Below, in pieces: positions 51,252 through 64,000 of a stretch of DNA of 64,000 nt (its first letter is position 1; the number at the start of each line of letters is the position of its first letter). The position numbers and the translations under genes are program-made. The notes beneath the pieces are model-generated. The model made no database searches and was not told the origin of the DNA. It worked only from the letters and a program-made list of their open reading frames with translations. The DNA comes from Lingula anatina (taxonomy: Eukaryota; Animalia; Brachiopoda), in contig CM120640.1 in NCBI GenBank assembly GCA_051362555.1, forward strand, positions 28,668,503 to 28,732,502, given 5' to 3'.

Positions 51252-51465
51252 TGAAAAAATGCGCAAATCTGCCGCTTTTGTTGCTAGGCACGCTCTCCAA
51301 TGTGATTGGCTGAAAGTTCGCTGAAACTCGAGCGTTTACGTTTTTCTCCGCCTCCGACATACATGCAATGGAAAAGAGTGACGCAGACGCCTGAAATATT
51401 TCACAATATTTGATCGGTTGTCAGGATTCCATATCCCGTAATGAGTGATGGGTGCTAGCAAATAT

Positions 51466-52247
51466 TACCCTAGGTTCTAGATTCCGGTATTGCCAGCTCG
51501 ATCTTGATTTCATATATAACCCATATCAGCAATACCGGCTCTAGCGAACAGCGGCCATGTTACACTTCCGTCAATCAAATAGAACTGCTCCGCAGTGAAT
51601 CTGCAGTTGAATGTCATCAGACCAAAATGAAACGTAAAACAGATTTAATTCTGCTTTATTTAATTTTATTTCCTGTATTTAAGATGTAAAGTGAAAAAAT
51701 AAATAATTTTCTTCGAAAAGAAAAGATATATCCAATGTTTTTGTATTTTTTTGCTAATCAAAGAACATTTAGTCCTGAGATATACACGTGAACAATACAC
51801 GTGCTTCCCGTGTGCCAAATTTGACAGCTACACTTGATGCCCGATACCACTATAAGGGCTGTGCAATGGCTACACCAAAATTAATTTTTTTAAAGCAGAA
51901 TTTTGCTTGTATTGTGACACTGACCTTTGACTGCAAGATATTTTCAATTCAAACTTCTAACTCCGTGTCAGGCATCTTGTCTCGTCTGCACGAGATAACT
52001 TCAGCGCAAGGTTGGAAAGGCAGCTCCAGGCGGCCAAACCTGTGACGTACGAGACTTATGACTTTCAAATATGGATCCAGGCGGACACAGCTGTGACGTG
52101 TGACTTCCAAATATGGAAGCGCCCCAGGCAAAATTTTGAAGAAGAACGCCCTCAGATTGTCGCTGTTCGTCAGAGCTAGTAAAAGCGACTCCATCACAAT
52201 TGTATATTTAACAAGCTAGCTTTGACGTTGCTCTGACACTCAGGGTA
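51466..52247. mobile_element. 782-bp non-autonomous DNA transposon with 8-bp TSD, private to U5
   Basis: GCAAATAT|TACCCTAGGTTCTAGA ... TCTGACACTCAGGGTA|GCAAATAT. Short imperfect TIRs TACCCT/AGGGTA; the empty site ggtgctagcaaatatacattt occurs in U2, U3, U4 and U6. Superfamily not assignable by eye (8-bp TSDs occur in hAT, P and Zisupton). Confidence 0.88.
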
Positions 52248-55200
52248 GCAAATATACATTTCATTACAAAATAGGCACGTTGCCAAAGATGGTATTTTTT
52301 TTTCTCAGTCAGAATTCTCTGAAATTCTCGTTTTGTTCGTTCAAATATGGCAATATCCAAGGAATAATTTACACATGAAATTAAGCTTCTTTCATTATTA
52401 TTTCAGAACTTCAAAACACAATTTTGAAAGCTACGAGGACTTAAAAGCTATAAATTTGCGTACTCAGTACGTCTTTGACCTCATAACTACAGTACCAACC
52501 CGTAATTTTATTTATTTTTCAAATTTATATGGGATTTGCTTAGCAAAAAGTCATTTTGTAAGTCGGCATTCTTTTAACAAAAGTGTTTTTTTTTTTTTCA
52601 TGTACTTTAACTGTGTTTGCTCCATTTTGTTTTACTTCATCTTTGTTGAGGTTTTTTGTTCAGGAAAGACTCCTTTCACTCTTTTATATATCAGCATAAT
52701 AAAAAAAAAAAAGCTTTAAAATATCTTGTAACACAGCTTCATGCAGACTTAAAGGGCCTAGCAATTAAATCTCTGGTTTTATTTTATCTTAAAATCCTAT
52801 ATAGGCCACTGTAAGGATGGCATGTGTGGTAGGTGGGGGAAACCATTAAGGGAGTATGAGGCTTTGCTTTCAAGTAGGTCCACCATATTTGAGCCTTGAA
52901 TCAGTTAGTCCTAGGATCAAACTGTATTGAATGCGGCCCTAGATCTAACACAACATGCTGTGGGGGAAGCATGCATTGTAAGTGTAGTATTACAAATACT
53001 GGTCTTAGATATTGTAGATTTTTGTTGTGTTGTGTATTTATGTGTAGTAAAACCAAATATGAAAAACAAACGGTGTTCATATGTTTGAAAAACATTGATT
53101 TTCAAAAAAGTGCATATAGGAATACAATATTAGAAAACAGAAGTTACCATAGCAATTTGAAGAAAGAAATGATAAAATGAAAGGTGCACTGATAGGTAAA
53201 TTTTTATTTCAGATATTTCAGCACTACAGTACCATGCAGTAAATTTTGAAATACTTTATATGAAAGCAAAACATTTTAGACTGGTCCTCTGCTCATTGAT
53301 TTTAATAGCAGTCAACATATTTATTAAAATTTTGATTCTTGTTACATTTGAGTTTTGTATTAATCATCTCATTTTTGAGAATTTGGTTTTATTGACAGAA
53401 TTGGCAGCTCTAGCATGGATTTTTAAAAATATCAATTAAGGGTGTTCTTTAAATATTTCCTGCCAAAATAAATTCTGGATGCCAAAATCTGATATCTGTC
53501 TACAAAGGAGAGTGGTGATTTGTGCTCAATAGGTGCTGTTGGTGAGAGCAAATCGGATTGCAAGTAAAGTGATAAGAAAAGCACCATTTTTACTTTTTGT
53601 TTTCAGCAAGCAGAGGAGAATAGACATCTATTTTCTTAAGATGAAGAAATGCAGATTGTCCTTAGAGCAGGGGTTTCTGCAGGATTTGCATCACAGTAGG
53701 TCAACATTCCAAAACGTTGATCTGTAATTTGGTAATTTGGTCACCAATTTACAAGAAATTCAACTACAAATATACTGTCATTTCTTAATATTTCATAAGC
53801 CATCCAGCCTTTTTTTTTTTTTTTTTTTTTTTGAAAAACATAGGTTGTCTATTGTATTAAATGAACACTGGATGGCTATCTGGGAAAAGTCTTGCCTTAG
53901 AGTCAATTTGATCTTTTTATATCTTGTAACACAGCTTCAGGTATAAGATAACAATATGTGGCCTCTTTCAGTCTCTTTAAATATAAAAATGTAGTGATTG
54001 TAGGCCATCGCCGCCGTCGCCGTCGCTGTGCACTCAGCGATAACACGATAAGTGGAATACCGTTTAACATTTTGTATTCAAATTTACAGAACTGATGAAT
54101 ATTCATAATACGCAGGTCAAGTTCAAAAATCAGCATGATCGGGCCATTTTTAGGGAAGTTATGCTGTTTTTTCACTTTTTTTAGCATTATTATAACACCG
54201 ATAACACGATAAGTGAAAAACATTCTTACTTTTTGGCTTGAAACTTATAAAGCTGATGAATATTCATAATATGTAGGTCAAGTTCGAAAATCAGAGTTAT
54301 CAGGTCAATTTTATGGAAGTAATGCTGTTTTTTCACTTTTTTCAGCATATATGCAACACTGATAACACAATAAGTGAAAAAACGTTTTACCTTTTGGCTT
54401 GAAACTGACAGAATTGATGAATATTTATAATACGCAGGTCAAATTTGAAAATCAGCATGATCCGGCCATTTTAAGGGAAGTTATGCTGTTTTTTCACTTT
54501 TTTCAGCATATATGCAGCACTGATAACACAATATAAGATTAACAGATGGGCAAATTGTCATTATACTCACAGGACTGGTCAATCTTACTAAAACGTAGGA
54601 TGAGTTGGAAAAGCAGCATAATCGTGCCATTATTTTAGATGTTATGCTGTTTTTCACATTTCCTCAGATTCAATTCTTAAGCATGTTAACAGTCTCATTA
54701 TTGAACTAATAAGATACGTAAAAGTGTTTGTTTGACATTTCCTGCATCTTTATAACATTGTTAGTTGATTATGTAAAAATGATGGTAAACTTGTTATTGT
54801 GTATTATGTTATAAAGTGTCAAAAATGGAAATAAACTCATATCATTGCAGTTTGTCAGATTCAATCATCTACTATCTTCAGAATCTCAGAATGGAGGAAA
54901 TTGGACATTTAACACTGTTCTATTGATATTTTCCCATCTCATCAATTTTCTTAGTTGATCATATTAAAATGTCAGTAAGCAGTTTATTTTGGGTTTTTTT
55001 TTCACTTTTTTTAGCATTTTTATAACACCTATAACATAATAAGTGAAAAACATTTTTACTTTTTGGCTTCAAACTTATAGAACTGATGAATGTTCATAAA
55101 TCGCAGGTCAAGTTTGAAAATCAGCATTATCGGGTCAATTTTATGGAAGCTAAGAACTTCCACTTCTAAGAACTTTTCACTTTTTTCAGCATATATGCAG

Positions 55201-56356
55201 CACTGATAACACAATAAGTGAAAAACCATTTTACCTTTTAGCTTGAAACTTACAGAACTGATGAATATTTATAATACGCAGGTCGAGTTCGAAAATCGGC
55301 ATGATCGGGCCATTTTAAGGGAAGTTATGCTGTTTTTTCACTTTTTCAGCATATATGCAGCACTGATAACACAATATAAGATTAACAGATCTGCCAATTG
55401 TCATTATACTCACAGGACTAGTCAATCTTATTAAAAAGTAGGATGAGTTCGAAAATCAGCATAATCGGGCCATTATTTTAAAAGTTATGCTGTTTTTTCA
55501 CATTTCCTCAGATTCAATTGTTAGGCATGTTAACAGTCTCATTATTGAACTAATAAGATACGTAAAAGTGTTTGTTTGACATTTCCTGCATCTTTATAAC
55601 ATTGTTAGTTGATTATGTAAAAATGATGATAAACTTGTTATTGTGTATTATGTTATAAAGTGTCAAAAATGGAAATAAACTCATATCATTGCAGTTTGTC
55701 AGATTCAAACATCTACTATCTTCAGAATCTCAGAATGGAGGAAACTGGACATTTAAAATTGTTCTATTGATATTTTTCCTATGTCAACAATTTTCTCAGT
55801 TGTTCATTTAAAAATGACAGTAAATTGATTATTTTGTTATATGAAAAAAAGGTGTTGAAAATAGAAAGAAAATCAGTTCAATACAGTTATCTCTTGTATA
55901 CATTTTGGCATTTTGAAAGTGTGACTCTGAACTTCCATGGCCTTGAAGACCTTTCCATGGCACATTTTCTGTATATCCATGATACTTTTATTTTATTATT
56001 AAAAATTGATGGTCATTATGTTATATTGCATAAAAGTTGAAGAAAACCCTATTTTGGAAATGGCTGCCGTAATGACCATTAAGGAAAAACCATGTTACTT
56101 ATGATACTCAAAGTTACTGAAAAGTTTCGTAAGACTGACGTGCAGTTTGTGTTGGAAAATCAGTGTGATTGTTTTCTGTTTTGGAAGCAATGCAGCTCTA
56201 TAGAGTGCTATATGGGGCTACTGTTTATGGATGGTGGTAATTGTCCCTTGGGGTAGTCACAAGCTAAATTCAGAGCTATTAAATCATTTGCCTAATTAAT
56301 TTCCAAGTGCCCATTAAATAAGATTACATAAAACACACGTTGAGATTTCCCATAGG

Positions 56357-56702
56357 TTAAAGGGATAATAACTCTTCGTTTTGGCCAAAAAATGAATTTT
56401 CCTGGAGTAAACAACAATTTTCCCATACTAACCAATGATTAATGAATCCATTTTTACATTCAAATTTAGTCCTTGGTTTTTTTCTAAAAAGTTTGGTTTT
56501 TTTGTTAAAATCTCTTAAGAGATTATAACAGAGTATAGCCATCAGTGGAGGTCACGTGATCTTAAGACAAGCTCAGATATCAGAATAATAGCTATAACTG
56601 CTGTTTTCGTCGTAAAACAGAATATATTATATTTCTATGAGTTATTTACAATGTTTTTATTGTGAAATATAGATTTCATACGAAGAGTTATTATCCCTTT
56701 AA
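56357..56702 (-). mobile_element. Kolobok-like MITE (U5 copy)
   Basis: Same as 10598-10943. Confidence 0.85.
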
Positions 56703-58860
56703 GCTCTCTTAACTGTGTTACATAATTAGGAATCTGTGATAATTATGCAGGTAAATGTTGTTTAATATTGCAAATAAGTTAACAAAAGAAAAAATAATTT
56801 GAATAACAGTGCCTTATTATCCTCAAACACATTGGGGTTATTCATATCATGTTATTACAGCAAGATTAAAAGTTTGAATAGCAGCTTTAATGGGATATTT
56901 TTGTTTTGTTTTCTTTTTAATTTATTTTTCAAACATTTCAAGCATTTTCAGCTCCCATCCACCTGAAGCTCTTCACATTTTCTGTATTTCCACGTAAGCA
57001 GTTGCATTGGTTTTTATGTCTTTAAACATTATGTAATATTATTTTATGCACTGTCATCATTATTCAAATATTGGGATTTTCATTATGTGAATTTGGTCCT
57101 GAAACTGTAATCTTATTGCAGGGGCAGATTGAGACTGTCTTCTGGGTCTTTCAGATTTTAAAGTTCACATTGATGGGTATCTGTTTTTTCTGTTGGAAGA
57201 CCATCAAAAATGTAGGATGGATCAACAAAGATAATTTGGAATACTGTCAGAAAATATCCCTGGATCCGCTCCTGTTATTGACGATGTCACCTGTTGTGCA
57301 TGATTAAAATTCAGTGTTGATTGACAGTGCTATTGTAGGCATGATTTATCATTGCATTAAAATTGACAAAAGGAACCATTTTCTGCATTTTTATTTTCTG
57401 TTTTTGTCTGTACATTTGACAGCTTTGCTGCCTTGTTTTTTTTTTTTTTTTTTTTTTTTTTGTTTAAACATAGGTTGTCTATTGTACTAAATGAACACTG
57501 GATGGCTATCTGGGAAAAGTCTTGCCTTAGAGTCAATTTGATCTTTTTACGTCTTGTAACACAGCTTCAGGTATAAGATAACAATATGTGGCCTCTTTCA
57601 GTCTCTATAAATATAAAAATGTAGTGATTGTAGCTTGGATAAATGATTGACTGTTACAAGTAAATTAATGAATGCAATTTTTTACATGCTTTCTTTTATT
57701 CAAAATATAAATTATATATATGAAATATGCATGATTTGAGGAGAATTGACATCAGTATCATAAGTAATACAAATTCAGCAATTTATGTTGTAAAAAAAGA
57801 AATAATATTTAATGTTGTATATACTTTACATACTGTATATATGTATGCTATTCTATTTACATATGTACAAATATTATGAAACAAAATTACATGTTTATTA
57901 TGTACAATTTGTACAAGCTCTTTCTGGAATGCTAATAAAATCCCTTCAAAACTGCAGTGAATGGATGCATATACATGTACATGGCTATTTGTTTATGCAC
58001 AATGTCCAAGTGATTTTTCTCATACAGTTGTGAACAGTCATTTCAGTATTTGACTAGCTGTCGCAGCTTGGTCATCATCCAAAACTTAAATTTCTTCATC
58101 CTGCTAAGGCTATAAGGATGGGTGTCTTCCTGGGCTTGGACACTATATATCAAGGAAAAAGTTTATATGTAAAATGGGGCACATATTTTCTCTGTAAAGA
58201 ATTTTATTAAGACATATTTATAGATCTTGATTATAATGCACTTGGGATGATTATAAAACCATCTAACTCACTTGTTACAACTTACTTTACATTCAAATCT
58301 GCCATCACCCAATTGAAAATAATTTAATTGTTTTATAAAATTTGAACACAATACCTTAATTCTCCCTCAGTAGATGTACCTAATTTTTCATCGTCATCAT
58401 CATCAAGATCAATTTCTACAAACCCTGGTGGGAAAAAAGAAATATTTGAAAATTTTGATTCTTGAAACATTTGAGTTTTGTATTAATCTTATCATTCACA
58501 GCAATTCTAAGTATTTATATTTTCTCATTCTAGGAAAGTTAAAAGAACAGGGGAACATGGTACTAAAGCCCTTCAAATGGAATGTCTACTGACAATTTCA
58601 AATCACAGCAAGATCCAAATACAGGACCATATTCTGTGCAGTAAGTTTTTGAGTTATTATTATTATTGAAGTGTAGCAATTTCAGTTGATAGAATGATTT
58701 CCCTAGATTGGTTCACTATTTGAAATATATAATTTAAACAACATTTTATGACTGTGATAATTTTTCTTTGTTTAAAGGTTGTGTTCAATTTGGCATGCAT
58801 TGATACAAGGTATATATTAAGGGTGTTTTCTTTGAGGCATTTGAAAAAAACTCTTTTCAG

Positions 58861-59716
58861 AAACAGCACGAAAAGGCTATTGAAGACTGTACCAAAGCAC
58901 TAGAACTTAATCCTAATTATCTCAAAGCACTTTTAAGGAGGGCAGAAATGTATGAAAAGACTGAAAAATTAGATGAGGCATTAGAGGATTACAAAAAAGT
59001 AATTGAAATGGATCCAACACAACATACTGCAAGGGAAGCATGTATTGTAAGTCTGGTATCATAAAAACAGTCTCAAATACTTTAGATTTGTGTTACATGG
59101 TTTTCTGTAATGTGTCAATGTGTAGTAAGTGAAATAAAAAAAAAAATGATGTTCATATATGTTTAAAAGCATCGCAATAGAAAAAAAATGCTAAAGTGCT
59201 AAAGTGTAACAGTGCAATATTCACTTAAATTTAAAGATATTAAAATAATTACAAGTCAGCAAATTGTTTTTATTCATAAGAGAACTAATCAGTGAACTTT
59301 TGAATCTGATTGAATCTGTGTTTATTTTCATCTCTTCAGCGATTGCCACAGCAAATTACAGAAAGAAATGAGAAAATGAAAGATGAAATGATGGGTTATT
59401 TATATCTTTCAGTCCTACATTTTGAAATATTTTACAATAAAGCAAAATCTTTTAGACTGGTCTTCTGCTCTTTGATTTCAATAAAAATCAACATATTTAT
59501 TTAAAATTTGATTCTTGAAACATTTGAGTTTTTTATTCATCTTTTCATTCAGAGCAATAGTGGAAGTATTTATATTTTCTCATTCTAGGAAAGTTAAAAG
59601 AACTGGGGAACATGGTACTAAAGCCCTTTGGAATGTCTACTGACAATTTCAAATTACATCAAGATCCAAGCACAAGTTTTCCATGTATTTGTCCAGTCAG
59701 AAGAAGCTGCAATTAG
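58861..59716 (+). pseudogene. TTC1: Headless TTC1 fragment (exons 4-6), U6
   Basis: As in U2, but the exon-5 donor is weakened (G|GTTATT instead of G|GTAATT). Confidence 0.85.
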
Positions 59717-60645
59717 AACTTTTCTAAAATAGAGAACATAGCTGGCTTCATCATCCTTCAGATGGCTTAAATAGTTTAGCTCAGTAGCAAGGATTATTCT
59801 GATATTTATCAACTTGTTTAAAAGGTTACCACACAGCAGATATTCTTAACATAAGCCAACAAAAAACTATAAAGGATAAAGATAAGAATTTGCTTGATTG
59901 GCAAAATGACTGCTCAGGCCTTTATTTTTTAAATATTAATTTAAGGTGATTTTAAAATATTTACTGCCAAAATGAAGCCTTGATGCCCATTTCTTGTCTG
60001 TCTACATAAGGAAGCAGTGCTGTGTCATCAATAGGTGCTGATGGTGAGAGAAAATCTGATTGTGAATAGAGAAATACAAGACGCCTTTTAAACTTTTTGA
60101 GCAAGCAGGAAAGAAAAGACATCTATTTACCCAAGAGAAAGAAATGCAGATTGTCCTTAGAGTACAATTCTTTTTATATCTGTTCGAGTTAAAGAAAACA
60201 ATTTATGGCCTCATTCACAGTCTCATTTGAGTTGGTTGTAGTTCACTTGAATAAAAGACTGATTGCAACAATAAAATAATCCAATTTATTGTCTTTATGT
60301 GATTTCTTTATTATAAATAAAATTATATATATAAATGATATGTACATAACTTTTGACATAAATATTATAAATGTGTACAAATTAAGCAACTGATGCTGCA
60401 AAACAATAATAATGAACAACTTTTTATATATATTTACCATGGTATTCTATTTAACATATGTACAAACATGAAACAAAATTTCATGTTTACTATATACAAC
60501 GTGAACAAGTAAAAGCTCTCAAGATTGTTCATAATGTCCATTGCAGTTAATGGGTGCATATACATGGGTGGCGTTTCATGTATGTACAGTGTTTTTTTCA
60601 TTCAGTTTTTATGAAAAAAAAAAAAGAAAAGGAAGAACAGTCAGT

Positions 60646-62478
60646 TTAGTAACGGATTAACTGTCTCAGCTTTGTGAGTATCCAATATTTTATTTTCTTC
60701 ATCCTACTTAGTATAGCTTTCCTTTGGGGCTTGGACACTATATAAAGGAAAAGCATATATGTGAAATGAGGCTCATATTATCTCTTTGAAAAATTTCATT
60801 GAGGTATTCTCTTCACATCTTGATACTTATACACATACCAAATTTAGAACGGGAATGTTAAGAAGAATGGAAAAAAATTTACATTGAATTCTGCTAGTTG
60901 TTGAATAATGAAATAAAATACCTTTTCCCTTTGTAGTCGGAGCTAATTTTTCATCATCAAGAGGGATTTCTACAAATCCTGTGGAAAAACAAAAATTACT
61001 GTCAAGGCTTAATATCATGGTGCCGTATTAGAATTGTAGTTATATTTGTGTAAGGAAGGGATCTTTTCTATTAGAATACAATTTGTTAAATATGCTTTGC
61101 TTGGGTGAAAAAAAAGTAGAATAACTTTTGCACTTCACAACATTTGAGTAGCTAACTGTCATTTAAGAAAAAAAAGTTCTGAACAGTTTTGGGTTTCATA
61201 TTTATATGTTAGATTAAAGTCCTGATACTGTACCTTGATCAATACTGCTTTCCTTTTCCCAAAATGTTCGACAGCCAAAGGTAGAATCTGTCTGCACAAA
61301 CACAGCCTCTCTCTGTACCCGCTCTGGGACTAGAACACCGCTGCTGGGTGTAAGTTTTCTCAGGTGATAGATGCCCTCCACAGCTGAAAAAAGGTACAAG
61401 CTATATTAATAAATGAATGGAAAGGGTCCATATCTGCATTAGAAAAACAATCATAAAAATTTCATGTATCTCAGGCATTTGTTTTATACTATTTCCAACA
61501 CTGCAAATTTACAAGCATGGAGGGAGGCTTTTACCTTGAAGTACACAGTCATCTTTTCCAAAAAATGTACAGCAGCCATTTGTGGAAACTGCCTGTACAA
61601 ATACATTGTCTTTTTGTTCCTGCTTTGGAACTAGAACAGCAACACTGGGTGTACTGTTTTGTGAATGGTAAATGCCCTTAAGGACTGGAAATGAAAAATA
61701 AATATTGATGTTAGATTCATTCATCTTTAATAACAGTCATATCAAGAATAAAAGATGTACTTCTGATTTTGAAATACTTCAGATGCAAACAGATGCCCAT
61801 AGCTATTTTCTCACCTTTTTCATCACTCCATCTTTCTATCATTTCCATAACAAAGGACTCCAATTTTAACATTTTAAACTGAAAATGTTGAGAAAATAAA
61901 AAACAAAATAAAAAATTAAATAAAAAAAAATAAGAAAAAGAATAAATAATTTTTTTTAAAAATGAAAGAAAGTAAGAAAAAGAAAGACAGATAAAAATAA
62001 TTAAACCAATGGATAACAATGAAAGCAAATATAAATGTTATGACAGATAATTCCAACTCAAAGTAACATTAAAGGAAATCTAGGAAACTTTCAAAACGTA
62101 CGTAAGATAAAACCCAATCAAGGAAGTTTTCGATAAAAACAATTTATTTGGCTTGTCTTAATTTGGTGTTTATTTACTTTATTTTCGAAGGTTCTTCTGC
62201 TGTTTTTTTTAAATTTAATTTTGTTCAATTTTTTAAAACTTTTAAACGTCCAAAGCTGTAGATCTAAATGTCCGCGAGAAGTTTTTGCATATGGCCGTAC
62301 GAAAATTTCTTTTGCCGATTTTTCGTAAAATGTATGCCCACATGCATAAAAAACATTTAAGAAGAAAAGTAACTGGCGTGATTTAATTACTCTAACATAT
62401 AAAACATCATAAAAATATTATCGTCTTCGATTAAATGAAAATATCTTCCTGAATTTTTTCGATACTCACCTCGCTCAT
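60646..62478 (-). CDS. Orphan gene, copy 6 (intact; E->K in TTEGK)
   Basis: Exons and splice sites as in copy 2 (offset ~+45763). Confidence 0.76.
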
Positions 62479-64000
62479 TGAAAAAATGCGCAAATCTGCC
62501 GCTTTTGTTGCTAGGCACGCTCTCCAATGTGATTGGCTGAAAGTTCGCTGAAACTCGAGCGTTTACGTTTTTCTCCGCCTCCGACATACATGCAATGGAA
62601 AAGAGTGACGCAGACGCCTGAAATATTTCACAATATTTGATCGGTTGTCAGGATTCCATATCCCGTAATGAGTGATGGGTGCTAGCAAATATACATTTCA
62701 TTACAAAATAGGCACGTTGCCAAAGATGGTATTTTTTTTTCTCAGTCAGAATTCTCTGAAATTCTCGTTTTGTTCGTTCAAATATGGCAATATCCAAGGA
62801 ATAATTTACACATGAAATTAAGCTTCTTTCATTATTATTTCAGAACTTCAAAACACAATTTTGAAAGCTACGAGGACTTAAAAGCTATAAATTTGCGTAC
62901 TCAGTACGTCTTTGACCTCATAACTACAGTACCAACCCGTAATTTTATTTATTTTTCAAATTTATATGGGATTTGCTTAGCAAAAAGTCATTTTGTAAGT
63001 CGGCATTCTTTTAACAAAAGTGTTTTTTTTTTTTTCATGTACTTTAACTGTGTTTGCTCCATTTTGTTTTACTTCATCTTTGTTGAGGTTTTTTGTTCAG
63101 GAAAGACTCCTTTCACTCTTTTATATATCAGCATAATAAAAAAAAAAAAGCTTTAAAATATCTTGTAACACAGCTTCATGCAGACTTAAAGGGCCTAGCA
63201 ATTAAATCTCTGGTTTTATTTTATCTTAAAATCCTATATAGGCCACTGTAAGGATGGCATGTGTGGTAGGTGGGGGAAACCATTAAGGGAGTATGAGGCT
63301 TTGCTTTCAAGTAGGTCCACCATATTTGAGCCTTGAATCAGTTAGTCCTAGGATCAAACTGTATTGAATGCGGCCCTAGATCTAACACAACATGCTGTGG
63401 GGGAAGCATGCATTGTAAGTGTAGTATTACAAATACTGGTCTTAGATATTGTAGATTTTTGTTGTGTTGTGTATTTATGTGTAGTAAAACCAAATATGAA
63501 AAACAAACGGTGTTCATATGTTTGAAAAACATTGATTTTCAAAAAAGTGCATATAGGAATACAATATTAGAAAACAGAAGTTACCATAGCAATTTGAAGA
63601 AAGAAATGATAAAATGAAAGGTGCACTGATAGGTAAATTTTTATTTCAGATATTTCAGCACTACAGTACCATGCAGTAAATTTTGAAATACTTTATATGA
63701 AAGCAAAACATTTTAGACTGGTCCTCTGCTCATTGATTTTAATAGCAGTCAACATATTTATTAAAATTTTGATTCTTGTTACATTTGAGTTTTGTATTAA
63801 TCATCTCATTTTTGAGAATTTGGTTTTATTGACAGAATTGGCAGCTCTAGCATGGATTTTTAAAAATATCAATTAAGGGTGTTCTTTAAATATTTCCTGC
63901 CAAAATAAATTCTGGATGCCAAAATCTGATATCTGTCTACAAAGGAGAGTGGTGATTTGTGCTCAATAGGTGCTGTTGGTGAGAGCAAATCGGATTGCAA

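Larger units (their letters stand above)
2064..64000 (+). repeat. Tandem segmental-duplication array, ~10.43-kb unit, 5 full units plus 1 partial
   Basis: The junction ...ATTCTGTGCA|GTAAGTTTTTGAG recurs at 12881, 26550, 36985, 47415 and 58641. Identical ORFs recur at offsets of 10436, 13667, 10429 and 11227; the longer spacings are explained by private 3.2-kb and 0.79-kb insertions. Confidence 0.97.

Noticed and set aside
12881-64000. Whole array as an assembly artefact
   Set aside because: Units carry private TE insertions with clean empty sites in sister units, plus structured shared variants. Exact copy number still needs read-depth confirmation.

Overview
AT-rich, intron-containing animal genomic DNA; the repeat types suggest a mollusc or similar invertebrate (inference). 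The first 3.5 kb hold an intact TTC1 gene on + (5 coding exons, 289 aa). From TTC1 intron 3 (2064) to the end of the window there is a head-to-tail tandem array of a ~10.43-kb unit: U1 2064-12880, U2 12881-26549, U3 26550-36984, U4 36985-47414, U5 47415-58640, U6 58641->64000. Each unit carries (i) TTC1 exons 4-6 (headless fragments in U2-U6) and (ii) a complete, previously unrecognisable six-exon gene on the - strand that the ORF track misses. That gene encodes ~173 aa with two duplicated 150-nt exons, an acidic GFVEIPLDD motif and a cationic amphipathic C-terminal helix, and it is intact in all six copies. Each full unit also carries (iii) a diverged second copy of that gene's last two exons whose frame is rescued by compensating frameshifts, (iv) older TTC1 relics, (v) a Helentron/HINE-like element with ~150-bp internal repeats and (vi) a TTAA-flanked Kolobok-like MITE. 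Two units have private insertions. U2 has a 3.2-kb non-coding element with A-x-B-A-y-B split direct repeats and no target duplication, like tyrosine-recombinase retroelements. U5 has a 782-bp element with an 8-bp TSD in the orphan gene's promoter. Most ORFs in the supplied track are spurious.
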